Assembly (NCBI GenBank): GCA_963707955.1
Contig: OY970176.1
Location: 608,001-672,000, forward strand
DNA from: Candidatus Bathyarchaeota archaeon
GTDB taxonomy: Archaea > Thermoproteota > Bathyarchaeia > Bathyarchaeales > Bathycorpusculaceae
DNA length: 64,000 bases
Reading direction: 5' to 3'
In this document: positions 11,336 through 21,458 of the stretch, piece after piece
How positions within the stretch are numbered: position 1 is the stretch's first letter
Layout of the letters: each line of letters starts with the position of its first letter
Position numbers and translations under genes: made by a program
Notes under the pieces: generated by a model
Seen by the model: only the letters and a program-made list of their open reading frames with translations
Told to the model about the DNA's origin: nothing
Database searches by the model: none

Positions 11336-11610
11336 GTTCAAAGGAAAAAACGTGGAAAGAAGTTTCGCCCGCAGGGGTCTGCTGGAAGAGCAGCTTAACA
11401 TACTTAACCGGAGACTGGAAGTCTTTCACTCCGATCAGAGACGTTGAGAAATGCACCAAGTGCTTGTTGTGCACACTTTATTGCCCAGACGGTGCGATAC
11501 ATTGGAAACCCGAAAAAGGCGACATCGATTTTGACCTTGATTTCTGCAAGGGTTGCGGCATATGCGCCAACGAATGCCCAACCAAAGCGATCGTGATGAA
11601 GATGGAATAG
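11332..11610 (+). CDS. porD: pyruvate/2-oxoacid:ferredoxin oxidoreductase delta subunit (2x[4Fe-4S])
   Basis: TGDWKSFTP, CTKCLLCTLYCP, CKGCGICANECP. Confidence 0.93.
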   Translation: MSSKEKTWKEVSPAGVCWKSSLTYLTGDWKSFTPIRDVEKCTKCLLCTLYCPDGAIHWKPEKGDIDFDLDFCKGCGICANECPTKAIVMKME

Positions 11611-11616
11611 GAGGAT

Positions 11617-12855
11617 ATGACGGTGAAGAGTGTTGTTAAACAGGAAACACAAGGCCTGAACGGAGACGAAGCCGTTGCGTTAGCGGTGAAACAGGCAGAC
11701 GTCGACGTGGTTGCTGCGTACCCGATAACTCCTCAGACGATAATCGTCGAGAAGTTCAGCGAGTACGTGGCCAACGGCGAAGTTGAAACAGAGTATGTGT
11801 GCACAGAATCAGAACACAGCGCGATGGCCGCGTGTCTTGCAGCCTCAGCCACGGGCGCCAGGGTCTTTACAGCCTCAGCATCCGCAGGCTTGGCGTTGAT
11901 GCACGAAATGCTGTTCGTGACCTCAGGATGCCGTGCGCCGGTCGTTATGGCAATCGCGAACCGAGCGTTGTCAGCGCCGCTGAACATTCATGGTGACCAT
12001 TCCGACACCATGGCCGAACGCGACAGCGGCTGGATACAGATCTACGCTGAAAACGCGCAGGAAGTCTACGACTCGGTGCTTCAAGCCTTCAGGATCGCTG
12101 AACACCTGGACGTTCAACTGCCCGTGATCGTGGGCCTAGACGGGTTCACGTTGAGCCACACGCTTGAAAACGTGCGGACCTTCTCGGACCAAACGGTCAA
12201 AGGATTCGTCAAAACTCGCCAGTTTCCAGTCGTGCTCACCCATGAAGGAAAAGCCGTGCCCTTCAAGCTTGACCCAGAAACCCCCATGACGATGGGACCC
12301 ATAGCAATGCCGAACTATTACTTCGAGTTTAAACGGCAACAGGAAGAAGCCATGAAAAACGCGCTACGAGTGATCCAAGAGGTGCATGAAGAGTACGCCC
12401 AGCTTAGCAACCGATCATACGGCGATGGCCTTGTCGAAGCATACAAGCTTGAAGATGCGGACATAGCTGTTGTTTGCGTGGGCTCAACAGCCGGCACCGC
12501 TAAGACGGTGGTGGACGACCTCAGAGAGAAAAGAGTCAAAGCTGGGCTGCTTAGAATTCGAACTTTCAGACCGTTTCCAGTTGAAGAGATTGCAAAGGCA
12601 CTTGGAACTGTGAAGGCAGTTGCTGTTATGGATAAGAGCATGAGTTTCGGCGGAAGCGGCGGAGCGGTTTTCCATGAAGTCCGCCATGCACTCTACGACG
12701 GCTCAACCCGACCTTACGTTGTCAACTACATCTACGGATTAGGCGGGAGGGACACGAGCCCCGCTCAGATAGGCGCAATTTTCAAGGATCTGCAGAAGAT
12801 GTTGCAGACCAAACGTGTAGGAGACCTAGTGCGCTACGTTGGATTGAGGGAGTGA
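11617..12855 (+). CDS. porA: pyruvate/2-oxoacid:ferredoxin oxidoreductase alpha subunit
   Basis: AYPITPQT, ESEHSA, NRALSAPLNIHGDHSD, GLGGRD. Confidence 0.94.
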   Translation: MTVKSVVKQETQGLNGDEAVALAVKQADVDVVAAYPITPQTIIVEKFSEYVANGEVETEYVCTESEHSAMAACLAASATGARVFTASASAGLALMHEMLFVTSGCRAPVVMAIANRALSAPLNIHGDHSDTMAERDSGWIQIYAENAQEVYDSVLQAFRIAEHLDVQLPVIVGLDGFTLSHTLENVRTFSDQTVKGFVKTRQFPVVLTHEGKAVPFKLDPETPMTMGPIAMPNYYFEFKRQQEEAMKNALRVIQEVHEEYAQLSNRSYGDGLVEAYKLEDADIAVVCVGSTAGTAKTVVDDLREKRVKAGLLRIRTFRPFPVEEIAKALGTVKAVAVMDKSMSFGGSGGAVFHEVRHALYDGSTRPYVVNYIYGLGGRDTSPAQIGAIFKDLQKMLQTKRVGDLVRYVGLRE

Positions 12856-12870
12856 AAAGGAGGAAAAATA

Positions 12871-13854
12871 ATGGAAATAGCTGAAGGAAAATTCACGGCA
12901 AAAGACATCGCTGAAAAACCCGACTTGTTCCTTTCAGGACACAGAGCGTGCGCAGGATGCGCGCCAGCAACGGTGCTGAGGCTAATCATGAAAGCGACAA
13001 GAGGACCGACCATCGTGACGAACGCTACTGGATGCATGGAAGTCGCCTCAACCATCTACCCGTACTCTTCATGGGCAACGCCGTGGCTGCACACGGCCTT
13101 CGAGACTGCAGCCGCAAACGCGTCAGGAATCGAGGTAGCGTTGAAGATTCTCAGAAAGAAGGGAAGAATCAAGAATGAACAGGTAGACGTCGTCGCCTTA
13201 GCAGGCGATGGTGGAACGTATGACATAGGCATACAGGCACTGTCAGGAGCCGTTGAAAGGGGACACGACTTTCTGTTCGTGCTCTACGACAACGAAGCTT
13301 ACATGAACACTGGCATCCAGAGGAGCGGAGGCACACCTTACGGAGCATCAACGACCACTTCGCAAGCTGGTTCCGCCGTGCCCGGAAAATTGGAGCAGAA
13401 GAAGCCCATAGCCGACATCATGGTGGCACATGACATGCCCTACGTGGCAACAGCTTCACCATACTACTGGAAAGACCTGATTCAGAAGACCAGAAAGGGT
13501 ATCGAAGTGAACGGCCCTGCCTTTCTGCACGTGTTCGCACCGTGCCCGAGAGGGTGGCGAAGCGAGTCTTCAAAGTCGATAGAACTTTCGAGACTGGCAG
13601 TGGAAACGTGCATCTTTCCCCTATGGGAAGCAGTGAATGGCGATTACCAACTCTCAGTTCCGAGCAAACTCTTCGCACTTGCCCCCCAGAAGAAGAAGCC
13701 CGTGAAGGAGTACCTGCAGGTTCAAGGACGCTTCAGACACCTGTTCACACCGAAATACGAGAAGATGCTCGACGAAATTCAACACATCACAGACGAGAAA
13801 TGGAACCGACTGCTAAAGAAATGCGGAATCACACAGCCTGCGCAACCTAAATAA
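12871..13854 (+). CDS. porB: pyruvate/2-oxoacid:ferredoxin oxidoreductase beta subunit
   Basis: GHRACAGC, GDGGTYDIG TPP motif, DNEAYMNTGIQRS, PCPRGW. Confidence 0.94.
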   Translation: MEIAEGKFTAKDIAEKPDLFLSGHRACAGCAPATVLRLIMKATRGPTIVTNATGCMEVASTIYPYSSWATPWLHTAFETAAANASGIEVALKILRKKGRIKNEQVDVVALAGDGGTYDIGIQALSGAVERGHDFLFVLYDNEAYMNTGIQRSGGTPYGASTTTSQAGSAVPGKLEQKKPIADIMVAHDMPYVATASPYYWKDLIQKTRKGIEVNGPAFLHVFAPCPRGWRSESSKSIELSRLAVETCIFPLWEAVNGDYQLSVPSKLFALAPQKKKPVKEYLQVQGRFRHLFTPKYEKMLDEIQHITDEKWNRLLKKCGITQPAQPK

Positions 13855-13881
13855 AACCCACAGCCCTATTCGCTTATTCTT

Positions 13882-14682
13882 GTGACAGCTCAGAAGAATA
13901 ACATGAAAATAGTTACGATACGAGACGGTTTCGAAAACAGTTTCTGGAACCAAGTCAACCAGGACCCGCTGCAATACTATTTCTTCATTCTAGACTGGAA
14001 AGAACGCCCGGAACAGACGAAGATCTTCATGGCCATGGAGGGAAAGAAGGCCCAGGGACTAATGCTCGTGTTCGCAGACGCGGTCGTGCAACTGCGTGGA
14101 AACCGGCAAGCCGTGGAAAAACTTCTCGATTCTGTCAGCCTGGAAAAAGTTGAGCTACAAGCTCCGTTGGATTGCGAAGACATCGTCAACAGAAAGTACG
14201 CTCCTCAGATCAGGTACGACCTGATGCTAATGGCGCTGAAGAAGGGAGAAGAGAACATACAGGTCAGAACCCAACCTGTGAGGCTTGGACCCGAAAGCGC
14301 TGAAGAGGTTGCAGAGATAATGAGAAAGGCAGACCCTGAATGGTGGGGCGAAAGAGTGACAGTTGAGAACAGAAGAGAGTCGCTTGAAAGGAATTATTAC
14401 CTTGGAATAAAGCGCGATGGAAAAATCGTTTCGATCGGCAACACTCATTTCACAGATTTCGGCAGCAATATAGGGGTCGTGGCCACGGATGAACGCTACA
14501 GGAACATGGGCTACGCAACTTCAATCGTGTCAGCCTTAGTTCAAGAAATCCTCAAGAGGTCTCCGACAGCGTTGATTCACGTGCTCAGCAACAACGCGCC
14601 CGCCATACGAGCGTACTCGAAAGTCGGCTACAAGCCTTACAGACACTATCTTCTGATTCGGGCAGAAAGAATCAAGAGTTGA
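13882..14682 (+). CDS. GNAT family N-acetyltransferase (FR47-like)
   Basis: VATDERYRNMGYAT acetyl-CoA motif; NAPAIRAYSKVGY. Confidence 0.85.
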   Translation: MTAQKNNMKIVTIRDGFENSFWNQVNQDPLQYYFFILDWKERPEQTKIFMAMEGKKAQGLMLVFADAVVQLRGNRQAVEKLLDSVSLEKVELQAPLDCEDIVNRKYAPQIRYDLMLMALKKGEENIQVRTQPVRLGPESAEEVAEIMRKADPEWWGERVTVENRRESLERNYYLGIKRDGKIVSIGNTHFTDFGSNIGVVATDERYRNMGYATSIVSALVQEILKRSPTALIHVLSNNAPAIRAYSKVGYKPYRHYLLIRAERIKS

Positions 14683-14714
14683 GGAAGGCAACATTCAGAA
14701 CATTCGCAAGTTTC

Positions 14715-16592
14715 TTACTCTGTCCTGCTTAGATATTTTTCTACTTCGCCTTCAGCGTTGTCTGCCCTTATGAAAATCGGCACGTTTTCCATGCCTGTTG
14801 CTATGTAGCTTGAGAGGAGCCATTCTCCTGGAGCGAATTCCAGCGTTTTCTCGAGGATTCCTTTGTCTATCATGAACGTTTCGCTGATGAGTTGGCGGTC
14901 GTACGGCCGTGGCAGAGTTCCTACGAAGTACGTGTGAAGCTGCTGCAGCGCGTTCGTGTTCAGGTAGGCGATGCGCTGCGTGGCGATGCACACGCCGAGG
15001 CCGTATTTTCTGCCCTGTCTCAGCAGGGTTTCAACGTGTGCTGAACACTTGGCGTCTATGCCGCTCGCGTTGCTGGCGATAAACTCTTGCGCCTCATCGA
15101 ACACGATGAGGACGTGGGGTTTCACCTGGAATCGACGCTTTCTACGTGCGAGCAACGCTTGGGTCAGGTTTATGGCGAGGTCTTTTATGGCGTACGGGTC
15201 GGAGATGGAAATGCAGACGAGCCTCGTCGTCTTGTCTTCCAGCAGTTCGCGAATTCTTTCAACCGTTAATCCGCCCTTGACGTCGTCTTCTCTGGTCTGT
15301 CGCTTTTTTATTAGGTCGCTGAGTGAAGACCTGGTCGTTGCCCACGCATACAACCCGCTCTTGTCGCTGACCTTAAACTCCTCAACTGCTGCAGCCGCAA
15401 CTTCGCTTATATGTTCCACAAATTCTTCGTCCACTTCTTGATTTTCACTCGAACCGTGCTCCTCGACATACTCCAACGCTGCTGCATTTATCCTGTCTAT
15501 CGCGTTCATGTAGTGAGGCCTATCAACAGACAACCTTCTCTGGTCACCGAGTTCGCTCATAAACTGACCATACGTCGGAACCTGCTGCCTGAGCTTCACA
15601 TAATGGGCCAGCCTGCCATTATCGATTATGCACTGGAGACCAGACTTGGTTCGCTCATCGGTCTCGAACTCTCGTGGTTTCACGACCGAGTTGAAGAACT
15701 GCTCAAGCGAGTCAATCCTGTATTCTAGGATTACCTTCGACGAAACGTTCGGGTCGGCCAGCATGTCCAACAGGAGGAACACGTACTCGCAGTTTATGTC
15801 AAAGATCACGACCTTTGCGTCACTGTTGTGCAGGAGGAGCCTTCGCAGGATGTTCGACATCAGGTTGCTCTTTCCACCGCCCGTGAAAGCAAAAACACCG
15901 AAGTGGTAGCGAACAAGTTTCTCAAAATCCACGTATATCGGTATACTGGTCTTGCTTGCCTCAAACATTTTGATGAGGCCCAGTCTGGGGTCCGTTCGCG
16001 CATCTTCAACGGTCTTCGACGTGTCCACACCGAGCTTTTCAGCGATTTTTTGGTTGTAGATGCGGTTTATCATCTCACTGTTCAGCACGTAGGATGGGCA
16101 GCCCACAACCGGGTAGGAGAAGCCCTTCACAAACGTGAATTCACACTTACTGTCCAAGACCAGGTCGTAGTTTATGGGTATGGCGTCTATCTGAATCATC
16201 ATCGTGGTCTTGTCGTTCGTCTGCCAATCGTCTTCAGACTGTTCGATGATCTCAAACTGCATTGGGTAATAGCCGTGGTCGGAGAGGCCGCTCAGGCCGA
16301 AGTGCTCAGGCCAGACTCGGCTGAGCTCCATTAACGTGTACCTTTCCGAGCCTTTTTCAATCTGCTTGAAGTTCCTGACGGCTAGAAGCATGCCCTCTTC
16401 CAAGAGGGCCATGAGGTCTTTCTGGTACTCAACCTTGACTCGGCACTGGTACCGTGCGCTCGTGCCGGCAAGTTTCGTGTCCTCCGTTGTGGCAAAAAAC
16501 CTTGGGATGACGGCGGCAAGCCTACCGTTGAACCTGCTGTCAAAGTCTGTGAAACACGCGTCGTTAAGTCTGCTCTCTTCTTGCGGCTTCAA
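14715..16592 (-). CDS. HerA/DUF87 family ATPase
   Basis: HFGVFAFTGGGKSN Walker A, VIFDINCEY, VFDEAQEF Walker B, RQGRKYG, ATQR; N-terminal HAS-barrel-like region. Confidence 0.88.
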   Translation of the reverse strand: MKPQEESRLNDACFTDFDSRFNGRLAAVIPRFFATTEDTKLAGTSARYQCRVKVEYQKDLMALLEEGMLLAVRNFKQIEKGSERYTLMELSRVWPEHFGLSGLSDHGYYPMQFEIIEQSEDDWQTNDKTTMMIQIDAIPINYDLVLDSKCEFTFVKGFSYPVVGCPSYVLNSEMINRIYNQKIAEKLGVDTSKTVEDARTDPRLGLIKMFEASKTSIPIYVDFEKLVRYHFGVFAFTGGGKSNLMSNILRRLLLHNSDAKVVIFDINCEYVFLLLDMLADPNVSSKVILEYRIDSLEQFFNSVVKPREFETDERTKSGLQCIIDNGRLAHYVKLRQQVPTYGQFMSELGDQRRLSVDRPHYMNAIDRINAAALEYVEEHGSSENQEVDEEFVEHISEVAAAAVEEFKVSDKSGLYAWATTRSSLSDLIKKRQTREDDVKGGLTVERIRELLEDKTTRLVCISISDPYAIKDLAINLTQALLARRKRRFQVKPHVLIVFDEAQEFIASNASGIDAKCSAHVETLLRQGRKYGLGVCIATQRIAYLNTNALQQLHTYFVGTLPRPYDRQLISETFMIDKGILEKTLEFAPGEWLLSSYIATGMENVPIFIRADNAEGEVEKYLSRTE

Positions 16593-18471
16593 TAGAAGCC
16601 CTCCTTTCTCTGAAGGTGCTCATGTAGAATATGAACTTTCTCAATCTGTGATTGTTGAGTATCCAGACAGCCGTGGTGTCCACGATGAGCCTGAACTGGC
16701 CGTAGTTCCATTTTGCAATCTTGTCGGCAACGAAGAGGGGCTTGTTGTGCCCGAATGCTTCTGGAATGCTGGAAGGAGCCATCGCCGTCAGCATGGTCAT
16801 GATCATGTCTTGAAGCCTGTTGGGGACATCCTTGTCCTTGAAGAGAACGACCTCAACCGGCTCTATGGCGCCTCCGTACTCGTTCCAAAACTCCACGACG
16901 TTTTCGGGTTTGCAGTCGTACTCTGGGTAGACTAGCCTGTCTATCAGCAAGACGTTGCTGCGAAGTATCGGGTCAGTCTTCGCTTGGCTCAGTTGAACGT
17001 ACGTTTTCAGAAAGACCTTCTCTAGGCCTATTCTGTTCTTTATGGCTCCTGGGACGAAGCCCTTTCGGTTCTGGCGGTCTGGAACCATCGTTCGGAAGGC
17101 TGAGTCGTACTCTATGAGGCTCCAAGGCGGCTTGATCTTTTCCGGGTTCAGTATGCTCGTTGATTGGAGTATCATGCGGTCGGTGTTAGGGAGTTTTTCA
17201 AAATCCGCTCTTGAAACGTTGGTTTTGAGAAGACCTTCGTTGTGCATTATCGGGATCAGCTGTCGTTTGAAGTCTCTTGCCGCCGTGTCCTTCGTTATGC
17301 CGATGAGCAGGACGTGTCTTTTCCAGCACTCTTCCATGATCATGTGAAGCGTGAAAAGCGTGAGGAAAGCGATGTCGACGGTCGTGAGCCACTGTTCTTC
17401 ACCGTCCTTCAAAACCTTCATGAGGCTTGACGTCTTGGTCATTGCCGTTTCGGTGAAGAAGAATCGGTCGCCCAGGCTGACGACCAGCTTCTTGATGCGT
17501 TCAAGAACGGTGCTGTACTTTGGGTTCAAACTGTAACTCTCGTCCTTCTCGGCTAAGACATGCTCGTTTACTGAGCGCTTCAAATGTCTGGCGACCCGCT
17601 TGGCTCTTTTTTCGTCGCTTGTGCCCAGTTCGGCCAGGATCTGCTTCTCAGCTAAGGGGCCCTTCTGTCTGATCAACTCGATTATCGCATGGCTTAGGTA
17701 GTCGCCTCTCGGAGGAGGTAAGCCTAAAGCTTCGTTGCAGACGCATTGTCTTGCGATTGTCAAGTCGTTGATGTCAAGCGGCTCATCATCGCCGACTCTG
17801 TAGCCAATGAGGCTGCACCTTGTCTTCCACAACTCTCGTTTCGCCGTGTCGTAGACAAGGCTTGCCCGCTCGATTGACAGGCTTCTATCCATGAAAATTA
17901 TGCGTATCTGTTGGGTGGGGTCTGTTACAAGCTTGTAAGCCAAGTAGTATTCTGCGAAGGTCATTATCCAGTTTGCGATCGTTGCGTTGTTTATGATCGA
18001 CTGGTCGGTGAGCGGTTTGTTCGGGTTGACCTCGCCGGCCTCTTCGGCCTCAAAGAAGGCTTGATCAACCTCTGGGATTTCGTTGACGTAGACTGGCACG
18101 ACGCTTGATATTCCCGCAGCCTGTTGAATCGTTTTCGTGTCATACTTTACCAGCGGAGCCTCTTTCTCAAGAAAAGTTATGGTGCCCGTCGACGCGTACG
18201 CTCCTCCGAAGAAGATCATTAAGTCAAACAGCGGTCTCGAGTACATCGTACCGTCTATGCCCGCAAAGCGGACGCTAGAAGTGCCAAAGAAATCTTTTGC
18301 CGTTTCATACGCAGTCTCGCGGTCAAACCGCATCCTCACAAAGTTTGAAAGCAGGCCATCATAAAGATCTCTGAGCGATGAAAAACGATGCTCATAATCC
18401 GAAACCTGCGATGAAGCCCCAAGCCTCAGCACCTCACTCGTCCGTTTTATAGCACCGCTTAAAGACGACAT
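16564..18471 (-). CDS. NurA-family nuclease with inserted winged-helix
   Basis: FAGIDGT, IFMDRS, IGITKD, GHNKPLFVADKIAK; overlaps the herA-like gene start. Confidence 0.78.
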   Translation of the reverse strand: MSSLSGAIKRTSEVLRLGASSQVSDYEHRFSSLRDLYDGLLSNFVRMRFDRETAYETAKDFFGTSSVRFAGIDGTMYSRPLFDLMIFFGGAYASTGTITFLEKEAPLVKYDTKTIQQAAGISSVVPVYVNEIPEVDQAFFEAEEAGEVNPNKPLTDQSIINNATIANWIMTFAEYYLAYKLVTDPTQQIRIIFMDRSLSIERASLVYDTAKRELWKTRCSLIGYRVGDDEPLDINDLTIARQCVCNEALGLPPPRGDYLSHAIIELIRQKGPLAEKQILAELGTSDEKRAKRVARHLKRSVNEHVLAEKDESYSLNPKYSTVLERIKKLVVSLGDRFFFTETAMTKTSSLMKVLKDGEEQWLTTVDIAFLTLFTLHMIMEECWKRHVLLIGITKDTAARDFKRQLIPIMHNEGLLKTNVSRADFEKLPNTDRMILQSTSILNPEKIKPPWSLIEYDSAFRTMVPDRQNRKGFVPGAIKNRIGLEKVFLKTYVQLSQAKTDPILRSNVLLIDRLVYPEYDCKPENVVEFWNEYGGAIEPVEVVLFKDKDVPNRLQDMIMTMLTAMAPSSIPEAFGHNKPLFVADKIAKWNYGQFRLIVDTTAVWILNNHRLRKFIFYMSTFRERRASIEAARREQT

Positions 18472-18572
18472 CTCTGCATTCTCCCGCATAACATAAAGGA
18501 CTACCCTAGTCGTAAAAGCGTTGTCAATTATTGCACCTTCACATGTCGCCACGCAGCATAATTTTACAGTAT

Positions 18573-18777
18573 AGCGCGCATGCCTGTTCCTAAATTCAGT
18601 TCAAGAGCTGGCATGGCGTTTTGCGACGAGGGATTGTTACTGTCACGGTCCGAGCCGCTTGCCTTCTTGCTCTCACACCCTCCCCCCGGGTATTCTATAT
18701 GATCCAAATATGATTGAAGAGCAAAATGAGTAGCGCAAGCTGCTTCCCGAAAGAATTTAGGAACACGCTAGCGCGCT
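18573..18777. mobile_element. ~205-bp MITE-like element, copy 1
   Basis: Terminal inverted repeats AGCGCGCATGCCTGTTCCTAAATTC / GAATTTAGGAACACGCTAGCGCGCT (22/25 match); homologous to 23826-24027. Confidence 0.7.
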
Positions 18778-19114
18778 GGGGCATCCGCCATAATTGTGGG
18801 CAGAATAGTTTTCAGGCTGCTCTCTTTTGTACTTTGATTTGCACTCATTGAGTGATGACCGAGACCAGACGCGATATGTCGTCTTTCAAAAGGTCTATTT
18901 TGAGTTATGTTTTCCTGCGGTGATGGAAAGAGTAAGGTTGCTCATGCTAAGAAGAACGGTCCTAACCCATGTTGAGGAAATCGAAATCAACGTTTGGAGA
19001 TGCTGTTACCTAGGCGAAATGAGAAAACAAGTACTCAGACATCAACTTTGATTTTGCGCATGATGGAATGAAGACCCAAATATAGAACGACGAATGTTTA
19101 CAGAACAACGTACT

Positions 19115-19756
19115 TTAAGGACGCTGCACGTTTTCGAGAGAGCAAGCTGAACCTTCCACAACGTGGAAAGCCCCTTTTCTTCCAACTCTCAGTTGCTTTT
19201 CCCCTCTGAACGTGGATATGCTCCCGTTTTCAATTTGAACAGTGTCTCCTATGGAGATAGAGCTTATCTGCTCGTTCCACAGGCACAGTTTTATTCTTCC
19301 AGTTTCGTCTGATATCAAAGCGTTAGCCACGCTTGCATAGTTGCCGAACCTTGTAAATACAAGGCTAGGCTTTGCAATTTCTAGGATCTTGGCCTTCAGG
19401 TTCACCTTCTTCATGCCGGCCTTCAAATCTCTGATTTGAAACGATTGGGGTCCATTGTTCTTGTTGATTAGACGCCTTCTGAACATGCTGGTATCGCTGA
19501 GGTCTTTGATTGACCTGTTTTGTTCGACGAGAAACTCTTTAGAAACAGGGAATTGAGCGACGACCTTTGCACCGTTCGTTATCAGCAGAACCACCTTGTT
19601 CCTATGTGTTCCACGACTTTCGATTGAGAGGGTGCCACACGTGGACTCGCCGCTTTCTGCCGCTGACGTCAACGCTTCAAAGAATTTGCTGGGGCCGACA
19701 TCATACTTTGCTGAAAGAAATGCCAAGTATTCGCCCGCTGACACTTTGTTCCGCAT
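19115..19756 (-). CDS. OB-fold single-stranded DNA-binding (RPA/SSB-like) protein with extra N-terminal domain
   Basis: IRDLKAGMKKVNLKAKILE...ISDETGRIKLCLWNEQ...FRGEKQL. Confidence 0.85.
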   Translation of the reverse strand: MRNKVSAGEYLAFLSAKYDVGPSKFFEALTSAAESGESTCGTLSIESRGTHRNKVVLLITNGAKVVAQFPVSKEFLVEQNRSIKDLSDTSMFRRRLINKNNGPQSFQIRDLKAGMKKVNLKAKILEIAKPSLVFTRFGNYASVANALISDETGRIKLCLWNEQISSISIGDTVQIENGSISTFRGEKQLRVGRKGAFHVVEGSACSLENVQRP

Positions 19757-20125
19757 TAGTACTTCTCCACAGTAAGCGCCGTCTCTCTTCCTGAGACAAT
19801 GGCGCTTCTCACCTTCTCCAGATGGCATCCCCTGCCAACGATAGAAGGACACTGCAAGATAACTGCACGCTCCCTTATAAGGACAATCCAAAACTGATGC
19901 AGAAAGGCGAAACGCGCGCAAGACACTGTGGCCGCACCTGTTCTTTCAGAATTGCCTCGAGTTTTCTGGGGCTACTGTGTTGGAAACCATGTGAGAATCG
20001 GCAATTTATGGTCAGCATGACTGAAGTTGACCCATTCGTTCCCCAATCAGAAGCAACAATTGGAAAAGGCATAATTGCATCCCTCTCTGAGTTTATGGCA
20101 AGAAGTCGATGGAGTAGGTGCCCGA

Positions 20126-20701
20126 TTGGCAAGTCAAGACAGTGTGACTATTCCAATTCACAAACCTAGAGTTCAGGAGAAACTGTTCTTTCTGATTTCA
20201 GGCATGATAGTGAGCATCCCTTTGACGTTGTTTGTCTACACGTTCTCAGACTACCTGCTCTCTTTTACGTCAACAGTTTACGCTAGCGTTCTCTCAACGG
20301 TGCTTCTTGCACCATTCGTCGAAGAATTCTCTAAGGCATATCCACTTTTCTATCGTCACGCCGAGACGGAACGATCTATCTTCACACTTGGGTTTCTGGT
20401 TGGTTTAGGATTCGGGATCGTAGAATTGATAGAATACGTAGTGCTTCTTCAAGAACCAGTGCTGATTAGGTTACCGGCAGTGCTCTTCCATGCATCCGCT
20501 ACATCAATTACTGCTTTCGGAATCGCGAAGAAGCGAACTCTCCCCTTTTATCTAGTCGCCGTGGCTTTGCACTTGTTAAACAACTTGTTTGCGGTACTGG
20601 GACCCGTTTGGGATTTGACAGGCCCGGCAGTCCTAGGAGCAGCCTACCTTCTATCTTGGTTTCTCTACGGAAAAACTCAGGAACACATGATCCCTCTATA
20701 G
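20126..20701 (+). CDS. PrsW family intramembrane metalloprotease
   Basis: APFVEEFSK, GLGFGIVE, LFHA and LHLLNN motifs in a multi-TM protein; TTG start after AGGTG. Confidence 0.85.
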   Translation: MASQDSVTIPIHKPRVQEKLFFLISGMIVSIPLTLFVYTFSDYLLSFTSTVYASVLSTVLLAPFVEEFSKAYPLFYRHAETERSIFTLGFLVGLGFGIVELIEYVVLLQEPVLIRLPAVLFHASATSITAFGIAKKRTLPFYLVAVALHLLNNLFAVLGPVWDLTGPAVLGAAYLLSWFLYGKTQEHMIPL

Positions 20702-20907
20702 TTAACTTATCTGATCACTTGCAAAAACATGAGCGAGAACGCGTCAGCGGGCCCATCCAAACGCCTGAAACAGTTTCCTCAACATGAACACAGGTCAATA
20801 CGCTCAGAATGTTGTTTGCTCCTTCAAGAGAGCACAATTCGCCTGCTGCTGAGCCGCTTTTGACCTACCTTAACATACAAGTCGGTGACTCATACGGATT
20901 GTAGGGT

Positions 20908-21051
20908 CTACTTCACGAACTTCATCGGGTGTCTCTTAAACCTCTTCTTGCAGGTCACACTGCAAAAGTGATAGGTTTCACCGTCAAACGTGATCTTGAA
21001 CTTGGATGTTTTGTCGTCCAGAACTGTGCCGCAAACTGGATCCTTAGGCAT
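20908..21051 (-). CDS. YHS/TRASH metal-binding domain protein (47 aa, absent from the ORF track)
   Basis: Translated by hand: MPKDPVCGTVLDDKTSKFKITFDGETYHFCSVTCKKRFKRHPMKFVK. Confidence 0.88.
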   Translation of the reverse strand: MPKDPVCGTVLDDKTSKFKITFDGETYHFCSVTCKKRFKRHPMKFVK

Positions 21052-21180
21052 TACCCTGATCTTAACCTCAGTGAAAAGTGTGCTTTCTGCTTATTATCAT
21101 TAGTGGTGAAATAAGCTGCAAACAAAAAAAGTGATGGGAAAAAAAGGTGTGAAACGAAGATGAGATGTTAGCTAATGAGC

Positions 21181-21318
21181 TTAATATCTTCGTGGCGGTC
21201 TTCGTTTAGAATAACACTCTTGGCAGTATACTGGTCTGCTTCCGTCTGGTTTGAAGGGAACTTCGCATTCCTTTCCGCAATCAGCACAAACTGCCTTATG
21301 CATCTCTTTTCTATACAT
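21181..21318 (-). CDS. CxxC-x17-CxxC zinc-ribbon protein
   Basis: MHKAVCADCGKECEVPFKPDGSRPVYCQECY. Confidence 0.92.
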   Translation of the reverse strand: MYRKEMHKAVCADCGKECEVPFKPDGSRPVYCQECYSKRRPPRRY

Positions 21319-21458
21319 CTGCTCTTTCAACTCCTTCTGCTGTTTAGCGCAAAAAATTCTTTTTGCACAACTCTTTGATGTGTGCACGTCGTTTTAAACT
21401 TATCCATTTGTCAAGGCCATTTTCATGGTTAATTTATGAAGGGATAATGTTGGATGTC

